Shown piece after piece: positions 35,959-48,372 of a DNA stretch of 64,000 bases. Position 1 is the first letter of the stretch. Every line of letters starts with the position of its first letter. A model generated the notes under the pieces. It saw only the letters and a list, made by a program, of their open reading frames with translations, was not told the origin of the DNA and did no database searches. The translations under genes and the position numbers were made by a program. The DNA is from Scyliorhinus canicula (lineage: Eukaryota). The DNA is taken from assembly GCF_902713615.1 (NCBI RefSeq), contig NW_024055733.1, positions 1,612,001 through 1,676,000 of the forward strand, written 5' to 3'.

Positions 35959-37965
35959 TATAATTAGTATTTACGTAATTAGTATCTTAACTGTGCGCTA
36001 CAGTAACAGTCTAAGTAAACAGTGTACTACAGTAAAAAGTGTTAATTTAAAACGGACACTGCTGTAAAAGGAGTCTAGGGAAACAGAGACCGACAGTAAA
36101 CAATGTTTACGTAATGTATACATTACTGTGAACAGAGTCTATTAAGCAGTGCCCTACTGCAAACAGTTTATGTAAAATGTACACTGCTCGAAACAGCGTC
36201 AAAGTAAATAATGCCCTACATTAAACGGAGTGAAAGTACACCGTACACCACAGTAAACAGTCTATGTGCCAGTGCCCTACAGTAAACAGTGTTTCTGTAA
36301 ATCGTAGACTACTTAAAAAAATGACTATGTAAAGAGTGGCCGGCACTAAACAGTCTATGTAAATCGTGCGCTAAATTAAACAATGTTTATATAAACCGTA
36401 TTCGACTGCAAAGAGTCTAAGTGCATGTGCCCTGCAGTAAACACACTCTATTTAAACGGTGCCCTGCAGTAACCACTATATGTAAACCGGACATTACTGG
36501 AACCGGAGTCAATGTAAACAGTGCCGTGCAGTAAATATTCTTAATGCAAACCATGCGCTGTTGTAAACAAGCTATGCAAACAATGCCGGGGAGAAAACGT
36601 TCTTTATGTCAACAGTCCAGTGCAGCACATAGTCTATGTAAACAGTGCCTTACAGTAAACAGTGTTTGTGTAAACAGTACCCTACAGTAAACAGTGATAT
36701 GGAAACCGTACACTGCTGTTAACAGTCTATTTAAACAGTTCCCCATACAAAACAGTATTTAAACCTTGCCTTGCTGTAAACAGAGTCTATGTAAACAGTG
36801 CCCTACAGTGAACAGTGTTGATGTAAACCGTACCGTGCTGTAAACAGTCGATTTAAACAGTGCCCTACAGTAAACGCACTGAATGTAAACCATACGCTAC
36901 TGTCAACCGAGTCGATTTAAAAGTCCAGTACAGTTATCAGTACTTTAACTGTGCTCTACAGTAAGTAGTCGAAGTAAACAGTGTTAATTTAAACACTACA
37001 CTACTGTAAACAGAGTATATGTAAACAGTAAACAGTGTTAACGTAAATCATAGACTACTTTAAACCGAGTCTATGTAAGCAGGAAAAAAGTGTTCATGTC
37101 AACAGTATAATGCTGGAAACAGAGCCTTTGTAAATAGTGCCCTACATTAAACAGCCTGTGTAAATTGTGCACTGCTGTAAGCAGAGTCTAGGTCAATAGC
37201 GTCCTGCAGTAAATAATGCTGTACGGTAAACAGTGTTAATGCAAACCATACACTATTGCGAACCGTCTCTGTAAACTGTCTACAGTAAACAGTCTATTTA
37301 AACAGTGCCCTACAGTAATTCATATCTAAACTGGACATTATTGTAAACAGAGTTGATGTGAACAGGGCCTACTGGAAACAGTGTTTCTGTGAATCATACA
37401 CTGTGGTAAACAGAGTCCATGTAAACAGCGCACTACAGTAAACAGTATGTATGTACATCGTACGGTGCTGTAAAGTCTATGTAAACAGAGACCTACAGTA
37501 AACAGCGTTTACGTAAACTGTACTTTACTGTGGCCAGAGTCTATGTAAGGAGTGCCCTACTGTAACCAGTGTTTATTTAAAATATACATTGCTGTAAACA
37601 AGATCTATGTAAACAGTGCCCTACAGTAAACAGACTGAATTGAAAGCGCACACTACTGTAGATGGAGTCTATGTAAACAGTGCCTTGTAGTCAACAATAT
37701 TTATACAATGCACTGCGTTAAACATAGGTGATATAAATCGTGCCCCACAGTAAGCAGAGTGAAAGTAAACCGTGCAGGACTGTAAAAAGTATTTTAACTG
37801 TGTCGCACAGTAAACAGAGTCCATATAAGTAGTTTCCAACAGTAGGAAGTGTTAATGTAAAACGTTCAGCACTGTAAACTAAGTCAATGTACCAGTGCCT
37901 ACAGTAAACGGTTGTTATGTGAACCGTACACGTCTGTAAACCGAGTCTTGGCAAACAGCGACAAA

Positions 37966-38308
37966 GGGCAGCACGGTAGCATTGTGGATAGCACATTCGC
38001 TTCACAGCTCCAGGGTCCCAGGTTCGATTCCGGCTTGGGTCACTGTCTGTGCGGTGTGCACATCCTCCCCGTGTGTGCGTGGGTTTCTTCCGGGTGCTCC
38101 GGTTTCCTCACACAGTCCAAAGATGTGCAGGGTAGGTGGATATGCCATGATAAATTGCCCTTAGTGTCCAAAATTGCCCTTAGTGTTGGGTGGGGTTACT
38201 GGGTTATGGGGATAGGGTGGAGGTGTTAACCTTGGGTAGGGTGCTCTTTCCAGGAGCCGGTGCAGACTCGATTGGCCGAATGGCCTCCTTCTGCACTGTA
38301 AATTCTTA
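37966..38308 (+). mobile_element. HE1 SINE
   Basis: Full-length copy within the satellite. Confidence 0.92.
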
Positions 38309-38513
38309 GATAATAATCAGTTTTATGTAAACCGTGTACAGCACTAAGCATTGACAATATAAACAGTGCCTGAGAGAAAACAGTATTTAGGTGAGCTATG
38401 CACTGCTGCAAACATACACTATGTAAAAAGTGTGCTACAGTAAGTAGTGTTTACGTTAACCGTACACTACTGCAAATAGAGTCGATGTACACAGTGCCTT
38501 ACAGTAAACAGTG

Positions 38514-39932
38514 TGAAGTTAAAACTCACCACTATTCTTAGAATTCCCCCTATACCAAAAAAAGGTTGATATTCTAAATGGTGAACAGGGATTCTCACTC
38601 CCTGACTCCAGTGCAGGCTTCTGTGAGTGCTATTCAGGTCAAACTATCTTTTCAAGTTATCCCCCGGTATAACCCATACCTTCACCGAAGAATTTTACCT
38701 ACTTACCCCTTAATAGCATCGATGTCCTGGATCCTGCGTTATTAAGGAAGTGAAGTAAGCTAATAACCACTTTTTCAGGTTAAGTTATTTTTATTATTAT
38801 ATTTTTTCTTTTAAAAGCTGCAAACACTTTCTTTACAGAAAGGAAAAAAGATCTTGCTTCTGGCTGCTTCAGGCCCACCTTGGCAATCGATCTTCTTAAA
38901 ATCTGGTCTTCTTGAGTTGTATTCGCTGGTGAACTCGGTTGCTGTGTCCTGTTCTTCCCATGCACCGAGCTGTGAGAGCTGGCTCTGCTAGCTATCTCTA
39001 AGCTGACTCTGACTCCTGTTTAAATTCTAGTCTTCCTTAGATGTATAACTGTTTAAACTCGGCTGCTTGCCTTGTCTTTCCCATGACCGAGCTCTCTCTC
39101 TCTCTCTCTGAGTTCTCCTCCCCTTCTCTCCTGTTGCTGGTTTCCTCTGCCCTCTGTTCTCTGCTGCTGCTCCCTGGGTTTATATTCTCTTTCTGAGAGT
39201 TATTAAGTTTTAACGACTTTATTGTAAATGGGCTTGTTTCACTTTGATAGTTTAAAAGTATCTTTGATGTAAACATCTTACTACAACTAATTATTCATTT
39301 TGGGCATATCGTCTCCTCTCAGATCTGATTAAACAATGCTTTGGTTTCAATAGGTAACTTTTATTTCTGTAATTTCGAATCGTTTAATTTTCCAATTGTC
39401 CCCAGCTCATAACTTTGCCTTTGATTTTGACTTACATGATGTTTCTCGTAGACAGGTCGTCTCCAATTTTCTTTTAATTGTTTGATGTTCATAGAATTTT
39501 ACACTTTAAAATTGAGACCAAATTCGACTGGGCATCTTCCATCCTTTCCAGCTGTTTACTAAGAGAGTTTATTTCAATTAAGGTGTGAAACTTTGCTTTT
39601 AGCTGTATGCTAAAATTTAACTTGGTTATGACTTGAAAGACTTGCCTATTTTAAACATTCGTCACTTAATGCAATTGAAACTCTCATCCATGCTTTTTCA
39701 GATGCTGCCTGAGATAGTTACATTCCATGAAGGTGTGAGCCATTGTTTTAGCTTACCACATGAGACTGGTGTGTTTGATTAGCCTGCTTGTGAGCAAGAA
39801 TCTGCATTTTACAACCCTGCTCTTTGAAGCTGCTATGAAACTTTTGTGGGATCTTTCCCTGTACCCTCTCAAACCAGATATTGCCAGACTTCCATGTTTC
39901 AAATGACACATTTTTCTGTATTTTCAAGAACA
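38514..39932 (-). mobile_element. 1.42-kb solo LTR related to the provirus LTRs
   Basis: TG...CA termini, 4-bp TSD AGTG (38510-38513, 39933-39936); both ends homologous to 54235-55543; removing it restores the satellite consensus. Confidence 0.88.
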
Positions 39933-41734
39933 AGTGTTTGTGTAAAATGCACACTGCTGTGCACAGTATCTATGTGAAGAGTGCCCTGCAGTAAACAGTG
40001 TTTATGTAAACAGTGCACTGCTCTAAACATACTCTCTGTAAATAGCGCCCGATAGTAAACCATGCTTACTTAAACCGTACCCAGCTGTAAACAAAGTCGA
40101 TTGAGACATTGCCCTCCATTAAACAGAGTTAATGTAGTCTGTACACTACTGTAAACAGAGTCTGTGTAAACTGTGCCATACAGTAATCAGTCTATGTAAA
40201 CAGTGTCCTACAGTAAACAGAGACTACGCAAATTGCGCCCTACAATAACGTTTTATTGCAAACTGTGCACTACTGTAAACAGTCAATGCAAACAAAGCGC
40301 TACCGTAAACATAATGTACTTAAACAGTACTGTACAGCAAACAGCGTTTGTGTATACCCTACACTGCTGTAAACAGTCTATGTAAACAGGGTCCTACAGT
40401 GAACATTGTGGAAATAAATCACACTACTGTAAAGGGTCTGTGTACACAGTGCTGTAAAGTAAACAGTGCTTCTGTAAAATGTCCACTGCTCCAAACAAGG
40501 ACAACTTACACAGTATTTCAACTGTGCCCCACAGTAAACAAAGTATTGATAAACAGTGCCTTACAGTAAACAGAGTGGAAGTAAACCGTATACCACTGTA
40601 AACAGTGTATATGTAAGCAGTTCTCTACAATAAACAGTGTTGCTGTAAATCTTACACTGCTATAAACAGTAACTATATATACAGTACCCTGCACTAAACA
40701 GTCTATGTAATCAGTGCGCGACTCTAAACATTGTTTATGTAAACCGTATACTCTTGCAAACAGTCTATGTACATGTGCCCTGTAGTAAACATAGTATATT
40801 TAAAAGATGCCCTGCAGTAAACAGTATATTTGGACCGGACTGTGTTGTAAACGGAGTCTATGTGAATAGTCCCGTGCAGTAAAGAGTCTTAATGCAAACC
40901 GTGCACTGCTGTAAATAGGATATGCAAACAGTGCCGGAGAGTAAATGGTCCTCATGTTAACAGACCACTGCTGCAAATAGTCTATGTAAACCGTGCCCTA
41001 CAATAAATAGTGTTTATGTAAACCGTACACGACTGTAAGCAGAGTATATGTAAACAGTGCTCTGCAGTAAACAGTGTTAATGTAAATCATACACTACTTT
41101 ACACAGAGTCTACGTAAACAGTAAACAGTGTTCATGCAAACAGTATAATGCTAGAAATAGTCTTTGTAAATAGTGCCCTACAGTAAACAATCTATGTAAA
41201 CCGTGAACTGCTGTAAGCAGTCTGTGTAAACAGTGCCCTACAGTAAACAATGCCTTACGGTAAACAGTGTTGATGTAAACCGTACACTGTTGTGAACCGT
41301 CTATGTTAACAGTGACTACAGTAAACAGTCTATTTAAACAGTGCCCTATAGTAATTGATATTTAAACCGGACATTTCTGTAGACAGAGTCTATGTGAACT
41401 GGGCCGATAATAAACAGTGTTTCTGTGAACCGTACCCTGTTGCAAACATTGTCTATGTAAACAGCGCTCGATAGTAAACAGTGTATGTAAAACGTACACA
41501 GCTGTAAAGCTTATGTAAACAGTGCCCTACAGTAAACAGTGTTTATCTAAACCGAGCACTGTTGTAAACAGATTCTATGTAAACTGTAGAATCACGTGTA
41601 ATACAGTGAACAGTGTTTATGTAAACCATACACTGCCGTAAACAGTCTATGAAAACTGTGCGTACAGTAAACAATGTCTATGTGAATTGTACCTTGCTGT
41701 AAAATGAGTCTGTGTAAACAGTGCCCGACAAGAT

Positions 41735-42590
41735 TGCTGACCATAGTGTAGGATCTCGAACAGCGACGAGTCAGAATACTGGAGGGAGATAGAGAACCTC
41801 ATGGTGTGGTTTAACGACAATCAACTGTCCCTCAATGGCGCAAAACTGAAGAGCTGGTCATTGACTTCAGGAAGCAAGCTATTTTATACACCCTTCTCTA
41901 CATCAACGTGGTGGAGATGATTGACGGCTTCAAATTCTTTGGTGTGCACATGCAAAGCATATGTCTTGGTCCACCATTAGTTGACGCTACGACCAACAAA
42001 GCACTACAGCGCCTTTACTTCCTCAGGAAACTAAGGCAATTCGGCATGTCCGCACTGACCGATGTTAATGAATGTAACATAAAAAGCATTTCATCTGGCT
42101 GCATCAACTAATCGGCCAAAGACCATAATAAACTTTAGCGAGTCTGAACAAATCTAGTCCATCACACGGGCCCACCTCCCGCCCATTGACTCTGTCTACA
42201 CCTATCACTGCCTTGGAAAAACGGGCAGCATAATCAAAGACCGCCCCCACCCGACTTACTCAATCTACCAACCTCTTCCAACGGGCAGGAGATAGAAAAG
42301 TCTGAGAACACGTACGAACAGACTCAAAAAGAGCTTGCTCCCCGCTGTTAGCAGACTCCTCAACTAACCTCGTGGACTGGTCTGATCTAGTCACGCTTGC
42401 TTCTCCACTCCGTAGTATTCCACCTGTGTGCTTCACTCAATGCCTGTGTCTATGTATTTACATGGTGTAATTTACGTTTACCCTATGTATTTTCTTTTCA
42501 TTTACGGAATAATCTGCCTGAACTGTACGTAGAAAAATGATTGCCACTGTACCACGGTACAGGGCGACAATGCACCAATCAAATCCAGCT
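41735..42590 (+). mobile_element. Rex1/Babar-type LINE 3' fragment
   Basis: FKFFGVHM...KALQRLYFLRKLRQFGMS; gactcaaaaagagcttgctccccgctgtt. Confidence 0.8.
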
Positions 42591-42929
42591 CCGCTCAATA
42601 ACCAAAATCCTGAGTCACAGGGTATGCGCGGCTGCTGCTGTCATGGAAAAAGAAAAAATCTTAGGTTGTAAGACAACAAACGTTTTAGGACCAGAGATGC
42701 AAGTAGGCATCGTAAAAGTTTGGGCGAATGCAATTTTGTTTGGATTAAGGAGATTACCTGAGGAGATACTTATCACACATTGTCAATTGTTCACCACTTA
42801 AATAGAGGAAATGTGCATTAAGAACACTTTCTTGATGGAATATCTCATTTTTGAATTCAAGAAGAGGATGTTTACTCAAGCAAATTAATCAATCAATGTT
42901 GTGTTTTTCACGTGGCACATCTTTGCCAT

Positions 42930-43395
42930 ATCTCCAAGAACACTCAAGAAGTTCTAAACTATCCAAGACCAAGCATCCCGCTTCTTTGCTCCCCTTCCAG
43001 AAACATTGAATCCCCCTCCACCGCAAACGCACTGTTGCAGCCTTGTGAACTATCCCAAAATGCACTGTGGTAACTCATCAAGGTTCCTGAGACAGCACGT
43101 TCCAAACCTACAACCACTATCCTCTGGAACGACAACGAAAAGGCGGTCAGTGGATGTTTTCCCTCAAGTCAGTGGATGTTTTCCTCACAACTCACATTTG
43201 GAATCATATAATCGTTCCTTCACGGTACAGGAAAAAATCCTGAAAACCCCTCGCTAAAAGAATGGTGGGTGCACCTGCACCTCATGGATTGCAGGGGTTC
43301 AAGAAGGCAGCTCACCTCCACCTTCGTAAGTAGTACTAGAGATGGGAATTAAATACTGCCAGAACCAGCAACTCGAAAACCACATAAGTGATCTC
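42930..43395 (+). mobile_element. Decayed LINE 3' end (clade not resolved)
   Basis: ttcaagaaggcagctcacctccacctt...tagagatgggaattaaat tail, shared with the SINE at 16790. Confidence 0.55.
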
Positions 43396-43423
43396 TTTAA
43401 TGCTTTGTTGCTTTCAATTGCTG

Positions 43424-43600
43424 GGACCTGGTTTAGCACAGTGGGCTAAACTGCTGACATCGAATGCTGAACTATATCAACAGCGTGCATTCAATTCCCG
43501 TACCGGCCTCCTCAAACAGGCGCCGGAATGTGACGGCTAGGGGTTTTTATCCAGTAACTTCATTGAAGCCTACTTGTGACAATAAGCGATTGCTATTATT
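43424..43600 (+). mobile_element. Short tRNA-derived SINE (third family)
   Basis: tggtttagcacagtgggct A-box, ttcaattccc B-box, tail cagtaacttcattgaagcctacttgtgacaataagcgatt (a tail-only copy also at ~33450-33503). Confidence 0.7.
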
Positions 43601-43984
43601 ATGAACTGTTCTCAATTCTTCCGGTGGAGTGCATCATCTGTATCTAAGGTTTTTCTGACAACAGGACTCGTGGAACACAGAAACAATGTGCTTGATGCAG
43701 TAAAGTGGAAGGGAGTCGTATGCAATCTAACCTGGCTTCAAACGCTCTCTCCCCCTTTCTCTCCTTCGTTCTGTTTTTTTTCTTTCTCCTGGTATCGGGT
43801 GAAGATTTGATTTGCTGCAGTTCTCCAGAGCAGAATAATCTTCTCCATCATTTTCCAGTCAAACACATTCTGCGACTTTGTTTATTTGTGGAACCACTGC
43901 AAACATGAAGTTTAATTGGAATTTCGCAACACTGAAGGACGATATTTGCTCCATCATAATTGTGCCTGTGCCCATCATTACTGT

Positions 43985-45310
43985 GATACAGACAAATGGT
44001 CAGGACATTGAATACAGGAAGTCTTGTTGAATTTTTAAACGATATTAGTAAGGTCACACGTGGAATACGATGTACAATCCTGGCTACCCTTATATAGAAA
44101 CGACTTTATCAAACCAGAAAAAGGGCAGAAACGGTTTACAAGGTTGTTGTTGGTACTTAGTGGCTTGAGTTGTAAGGGAAATCTGGATAGAATGGGACTT
44201 TCCCCCCGAGGATCTTTGGAAGTTTAGGGGTGACCTAATAGAGGTCTATACAATAAAGAAGGGCATTGATTAGGTCGATAGCTCGAAAGGTAGGGGATCG
44301 GGAACTAGAGAGTATAGGTTTAATGTGAGACGGGAGAGATACAAAAGTGCCCAGAGGGCAATGTTTTCTCACCGAAGGCGGTAAGACGATCTGTAATTGG
44401 TGGTTACAATTTTGCTTTTTAATAAGCGTTTTGACGGTTATATGGGTAAAATGAGTACAGAGCGTATGGGTCAAATGAGGGCAACTGGGACACTCTTAGT
44501 GGTAACAACTGGGCGCCGCCGCCGAGCCGCCGAACCTGTTCCCATGCTTCAAACATGTATGACGCTATCCCACTTTCCACTCTCTGGAATGAGGCAGATT
44601 CGAGCACTCCCTCTGTCTGTCCAAATCGGTCCATCATGACTCTGATACAGACACATGGTCAGGACATTGAAGACAGGACTCGGGGCGGCTTGTTGAAATT
44701 TTGAACGACATTCGTGTCACACTTCGAGTACGGTGTACCGTTCTGGTCATCCTGTGATCAAAACGTCATTATTAAACCAGAAAAAGTGCAGCAAAGATTC
44801 ACAAGGGTGCTGTCGGTACTTCATGGTTTGAGTTGGCAGGAAAGACTGGACAGAATGGGACTTTTCCCCCGAGGATCTTTGGAGGTTTAGTGATGATCTT
44901 AGAGGACTATAAAATAATGAAGGACATGGTTAAGGTACGTAGACAACACTTTTTTTTCCAAAAAGTAGGGAGTCGACAATCAGACGGTATAGGTTTAAGG
45001 TGAGACGGGAGAAAGTGTCCAGATGGGCAATGTTTTCACACTGAAGGAGGTGAGTGTCTGGAACGATCTGTAATTGGTGGTTACAAATTTGCTTTTAAAA
45101 AGTGTTTTCATGGTGATATGGGTAAGAGGAGTAGAAAGGGATATGGCCCAAAATAGGGAAATTGGTGCAAGCTCAGTGGTAATAACTGGGCGACATTTGC
45201 AAGTTGAGCCGACGGGCCTATCTCCATACTGCAAACCTGTTTGACTCTATCCCACCTTCCATCTCTGGAATGCAGCAGATTCGAGCACACCCTTGGTTTG
45301 GCCAAATCGG
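43985..45310 (+). mobile_element. Old tandem duplication (~660 bp) of a CR1 3' fragment
   Basis: atggtcaggacattgaa at ~43996 and ~44655; ctctggaatg..gcagattcgagcac at ~44582 and ~45263; LVRSHVEYDVQSW..QKRFTR. Confidence 0.75.
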
Positions 45311-45939
45311 TTTGAACTGTTGCTGTGGGTGTCTCCATCCATTATTTTTATGGACAAAGATCTTTAAGGGAATGAATGGATCCGAGGAACAGGCAACAAA
45401 TTACATTCAGGCAGAAGCTCAGATATGATCAAATTGAATGGTGGAGGAGGAGTCAGTGGCCGTGCAGTGTCTCCATGTTGTTTTTTGTTATCAGTTCCAG
45501 TTATCACATTACTTGCTGATCGATATGGCTGCAACATAAGATTTCTAAGTTGCATCCAAGATTTATTTCTATATTCATAGACACAGTTCATTTATAGCCA
45601 CATTATCCAGACATAACATAATTTTACACGTGTTGAACGGATCTCACATCGTCATCTTTTATTTCCATTAAGCCAGCCCCAACGTATCCCATCATAAATT
45701 GCTAACCGATTCCCACAGCGTGTCGTTCTGATCTGGTCTACGCGACCTGGGAGTTCGGTGCAGGCAGATACAAGTGTGGTTTCAAAAGGGAATGGTAGGA
45801 GTGATAGGAATGAAATGCATCCCTCTGGAGAATGGGCGGTCGAGTGCGATTGAATGATCTGCGAATCCATATTGCCGCTGAGGTCAAACGGAATGAATGT
45901 CCTCCGTCGCTACTTCACGCACTTTTAAGTTGTTGGGTG

Positions 45940-47145
45940 TGTAGTTTTTGCCTCACAACTATTATTAGAATTCCCCCCGTACCAAAAAGGGCCGATTTAT
46001 TCTAAATGGTGAGCAGGGATTCTCACTCCCCGACTTCTACGCAGACTTAGGTGGATGCTATTCAGGTTAAACTAATACTTCAAGTTATCCCCGGTATAAC
46101 CCCTATCTTCGCAGAAGACTTTTATTTACTTACCACTCAGTAACTTATACACTGTTCCAGTTTGGTAAGAGACGTAAAGTAAACATTAAAGAAAATACTA
46201 ATAACCTCTTTTTAAGGTTATTAATTTGAACGTAACTTTATTTTGAAATTAAAAGAGAATAACTACTTTTACAGAATGGTAAAGAATGTATTTTCCTGTT
46301 CGGACCAGTTGCAGACTTTCAAGTCTATCTTGACATCAATGTTCTTTAACTTTTGGTCTTCTGTTCGATTCTCTGTGCTGCTCGGTCTGTCGATGTTACT
46401 CGTCCCATCACAGAGAAAGATAGTCTGAAATCTCTGCTCATCTCCCCCAGTTTTTATAGCAATTTGGGGTTACTTAATCTCTGCTCCTGTCGTCCTGTAA
46501 CCTGTCTGCTGACAGTTTGAACATTAAAGTTAAGCGATTTTGAAGCGTGGCGCTGCCCTAACTGCAACTGTGCAGTTACCTCCTCACCAGCTCGCCATTC
46601 CTGATTGGAACTTTCTCGCTTTTCTTGACATGCAATTAATCTGCCTGTGTCTTAGTTAGCATTTCTTTTGGATTTATGTGTCTCTTAATGAGTTTTCTTA
46701 GATTTGACTCGGGTCTTTCTTGGGTTAAGCTAATGTCGTTTTAGTGTTATTCCTTCCGACTCCAACTTTATCCGCCTTGTTCATCTTCTGCAAGGTTTCA
46801 ACTTCAAAATGATATAAGCTATAGTGTGGCCTTATCACCTTTTAGTTTTTCTTAATTTGTAAATCATTTGTTTCATTTTATTACCGGTATCAGCAACTTT
46901 TCATACTTGGCAGTTGTTCCTTATCTTTACACCTTTTAGATTTTGGCTGTCTTTCTTAATTGTTTAATAAATTCCATTGCTTCAAGATTTGTGAAATACG
47001 GTTTCCTTTAATATAACTTTTAAGAGTTTAAGTCAGTCCAAGGACTTTTCTAATTTTTAGATTATAATGAAGCTCCTATCTTTTCTCTTCCCTGCCTGTG
47101 AAGTTGTATGCTTTCAAAACAGGCTGCAACTGTTAACCCCTTGTG
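45940..47145 (-). repeat. 3' LTR (lacks ~90 bp of the U3 end and the PPT)
   Basis: Aligns with 54235-55455, then diverges after gttaaccccttgtg. Confidence 0.88.
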
Positions 47146-48372
47146 TATACCCGCCTTGATAACAGTTATCACACTGTCACCCTAAAGTGGTAAAAAAACC
47201 GTTTTTATTAATAATTCTGAAACATTTAATGCATCCAGCAGGTTGCGGTGTAATCCAATCGAAACCATTGGCTTCATGTCGAACAATGATTTTACCCTTT
47301 TCCAAATAAATATGAAATCCTCCCTATTTAAAATGGAAAATTAAGAAAATAATAAGCCCTGTCGTAACATGTTATCAAGCAACTAAGGACATAATTGTTC
47401 GTTCCTGTGTTACATGATTGCTTCAACTACTATTACACTTATCTTAATAAAGATAAAATATAACATCGATAATTCAAAACCCGGTCCGTCCAGGTTGCTC
47501 TTTATGTTAACATTTATACCTATTTGTAATACATTTCAACTTCAATATCTAAATCACACGTATTAGAATTTACCCATTAACAACTTCTATTATCAACTTG
47601 TGTAAAAACTTTTTAGATCCTTCTGTTACCTTGCCCCGTACTACAGATAAATCAACTCTCACCCCTGCAGTGGCTGATCCATCAATATCTGCTCAAACGG
47701 CTGCATGTCTTGTACGCCTCCCACAAAAAGCATGCTGGATTCTCTTATGTTCTTTTGTCAGTCCTGAATATTAAATGGATGTCTCACTACTGTCCCAAAT
47801 CTCGTCTGAAATCTTTTTCAACTAATTCTCATCCTTATATACCTATTTATCGCATGCCCCCTTCATAATGATGTCCCATAATAATGTATGATTTTGACCG
47901 CCCCTACTGCCTGCTTGGTGTTAGACATCCGTTCGCCGACCTGATGCAGTCTGTCGTTATCTTTACAGTACTAATTCTTGCTTTACAAACTAACCATCAG
48001 TTCTCAGTTTTCCCTGTTATCTGCAGACATTAATACATCAAGCCCTGTCAGGCCTTGTTACAGCCATCCTTTGTTTTCTCTTCTTCCATACACACATACA
48101 TAACAGAACTGTATAAGATACATAACATTTTTTCTTTTAAACAAAACTATCAGAATGCCTTAAGGCCATTTCGTTTAATACATTTGTCATATATCTTCCG
48201 TCGCAGCATCAAGCGTAATGTAGCCGCCTTATGGAGTAATGAAATAAATTTGTCCGCCATACCATTGTTTATTTTTAAACTGTACGGTTCCTCGTCATTG
48301 ACATGCTACCTGTCGAGACCTTCAATAAATCCATCATGTAATGCACATCCCGTGGAAACCTTAGATCATCCA

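Larger units (their letters stand above)
30605..41730. repeat. Degenerate GTAAACA-rich satellite (e.g. gtaaacagtgccctacagtaaacagtgtttat), interrupted by several insertions
   Basis: Very frequent gtaaac(a) motifs at ~15-17-bp spacing, all on the + strand. Confidence 0.9.

Noticed and set aside
34303-46223. Large transposon or Polinton with long terminal inverted repeats
   Set aside because: The inverted segments are permuted pieces of ordinary CR1/LTR/unique DNA with no transposase or TSD; better explained as a rearranged duplication
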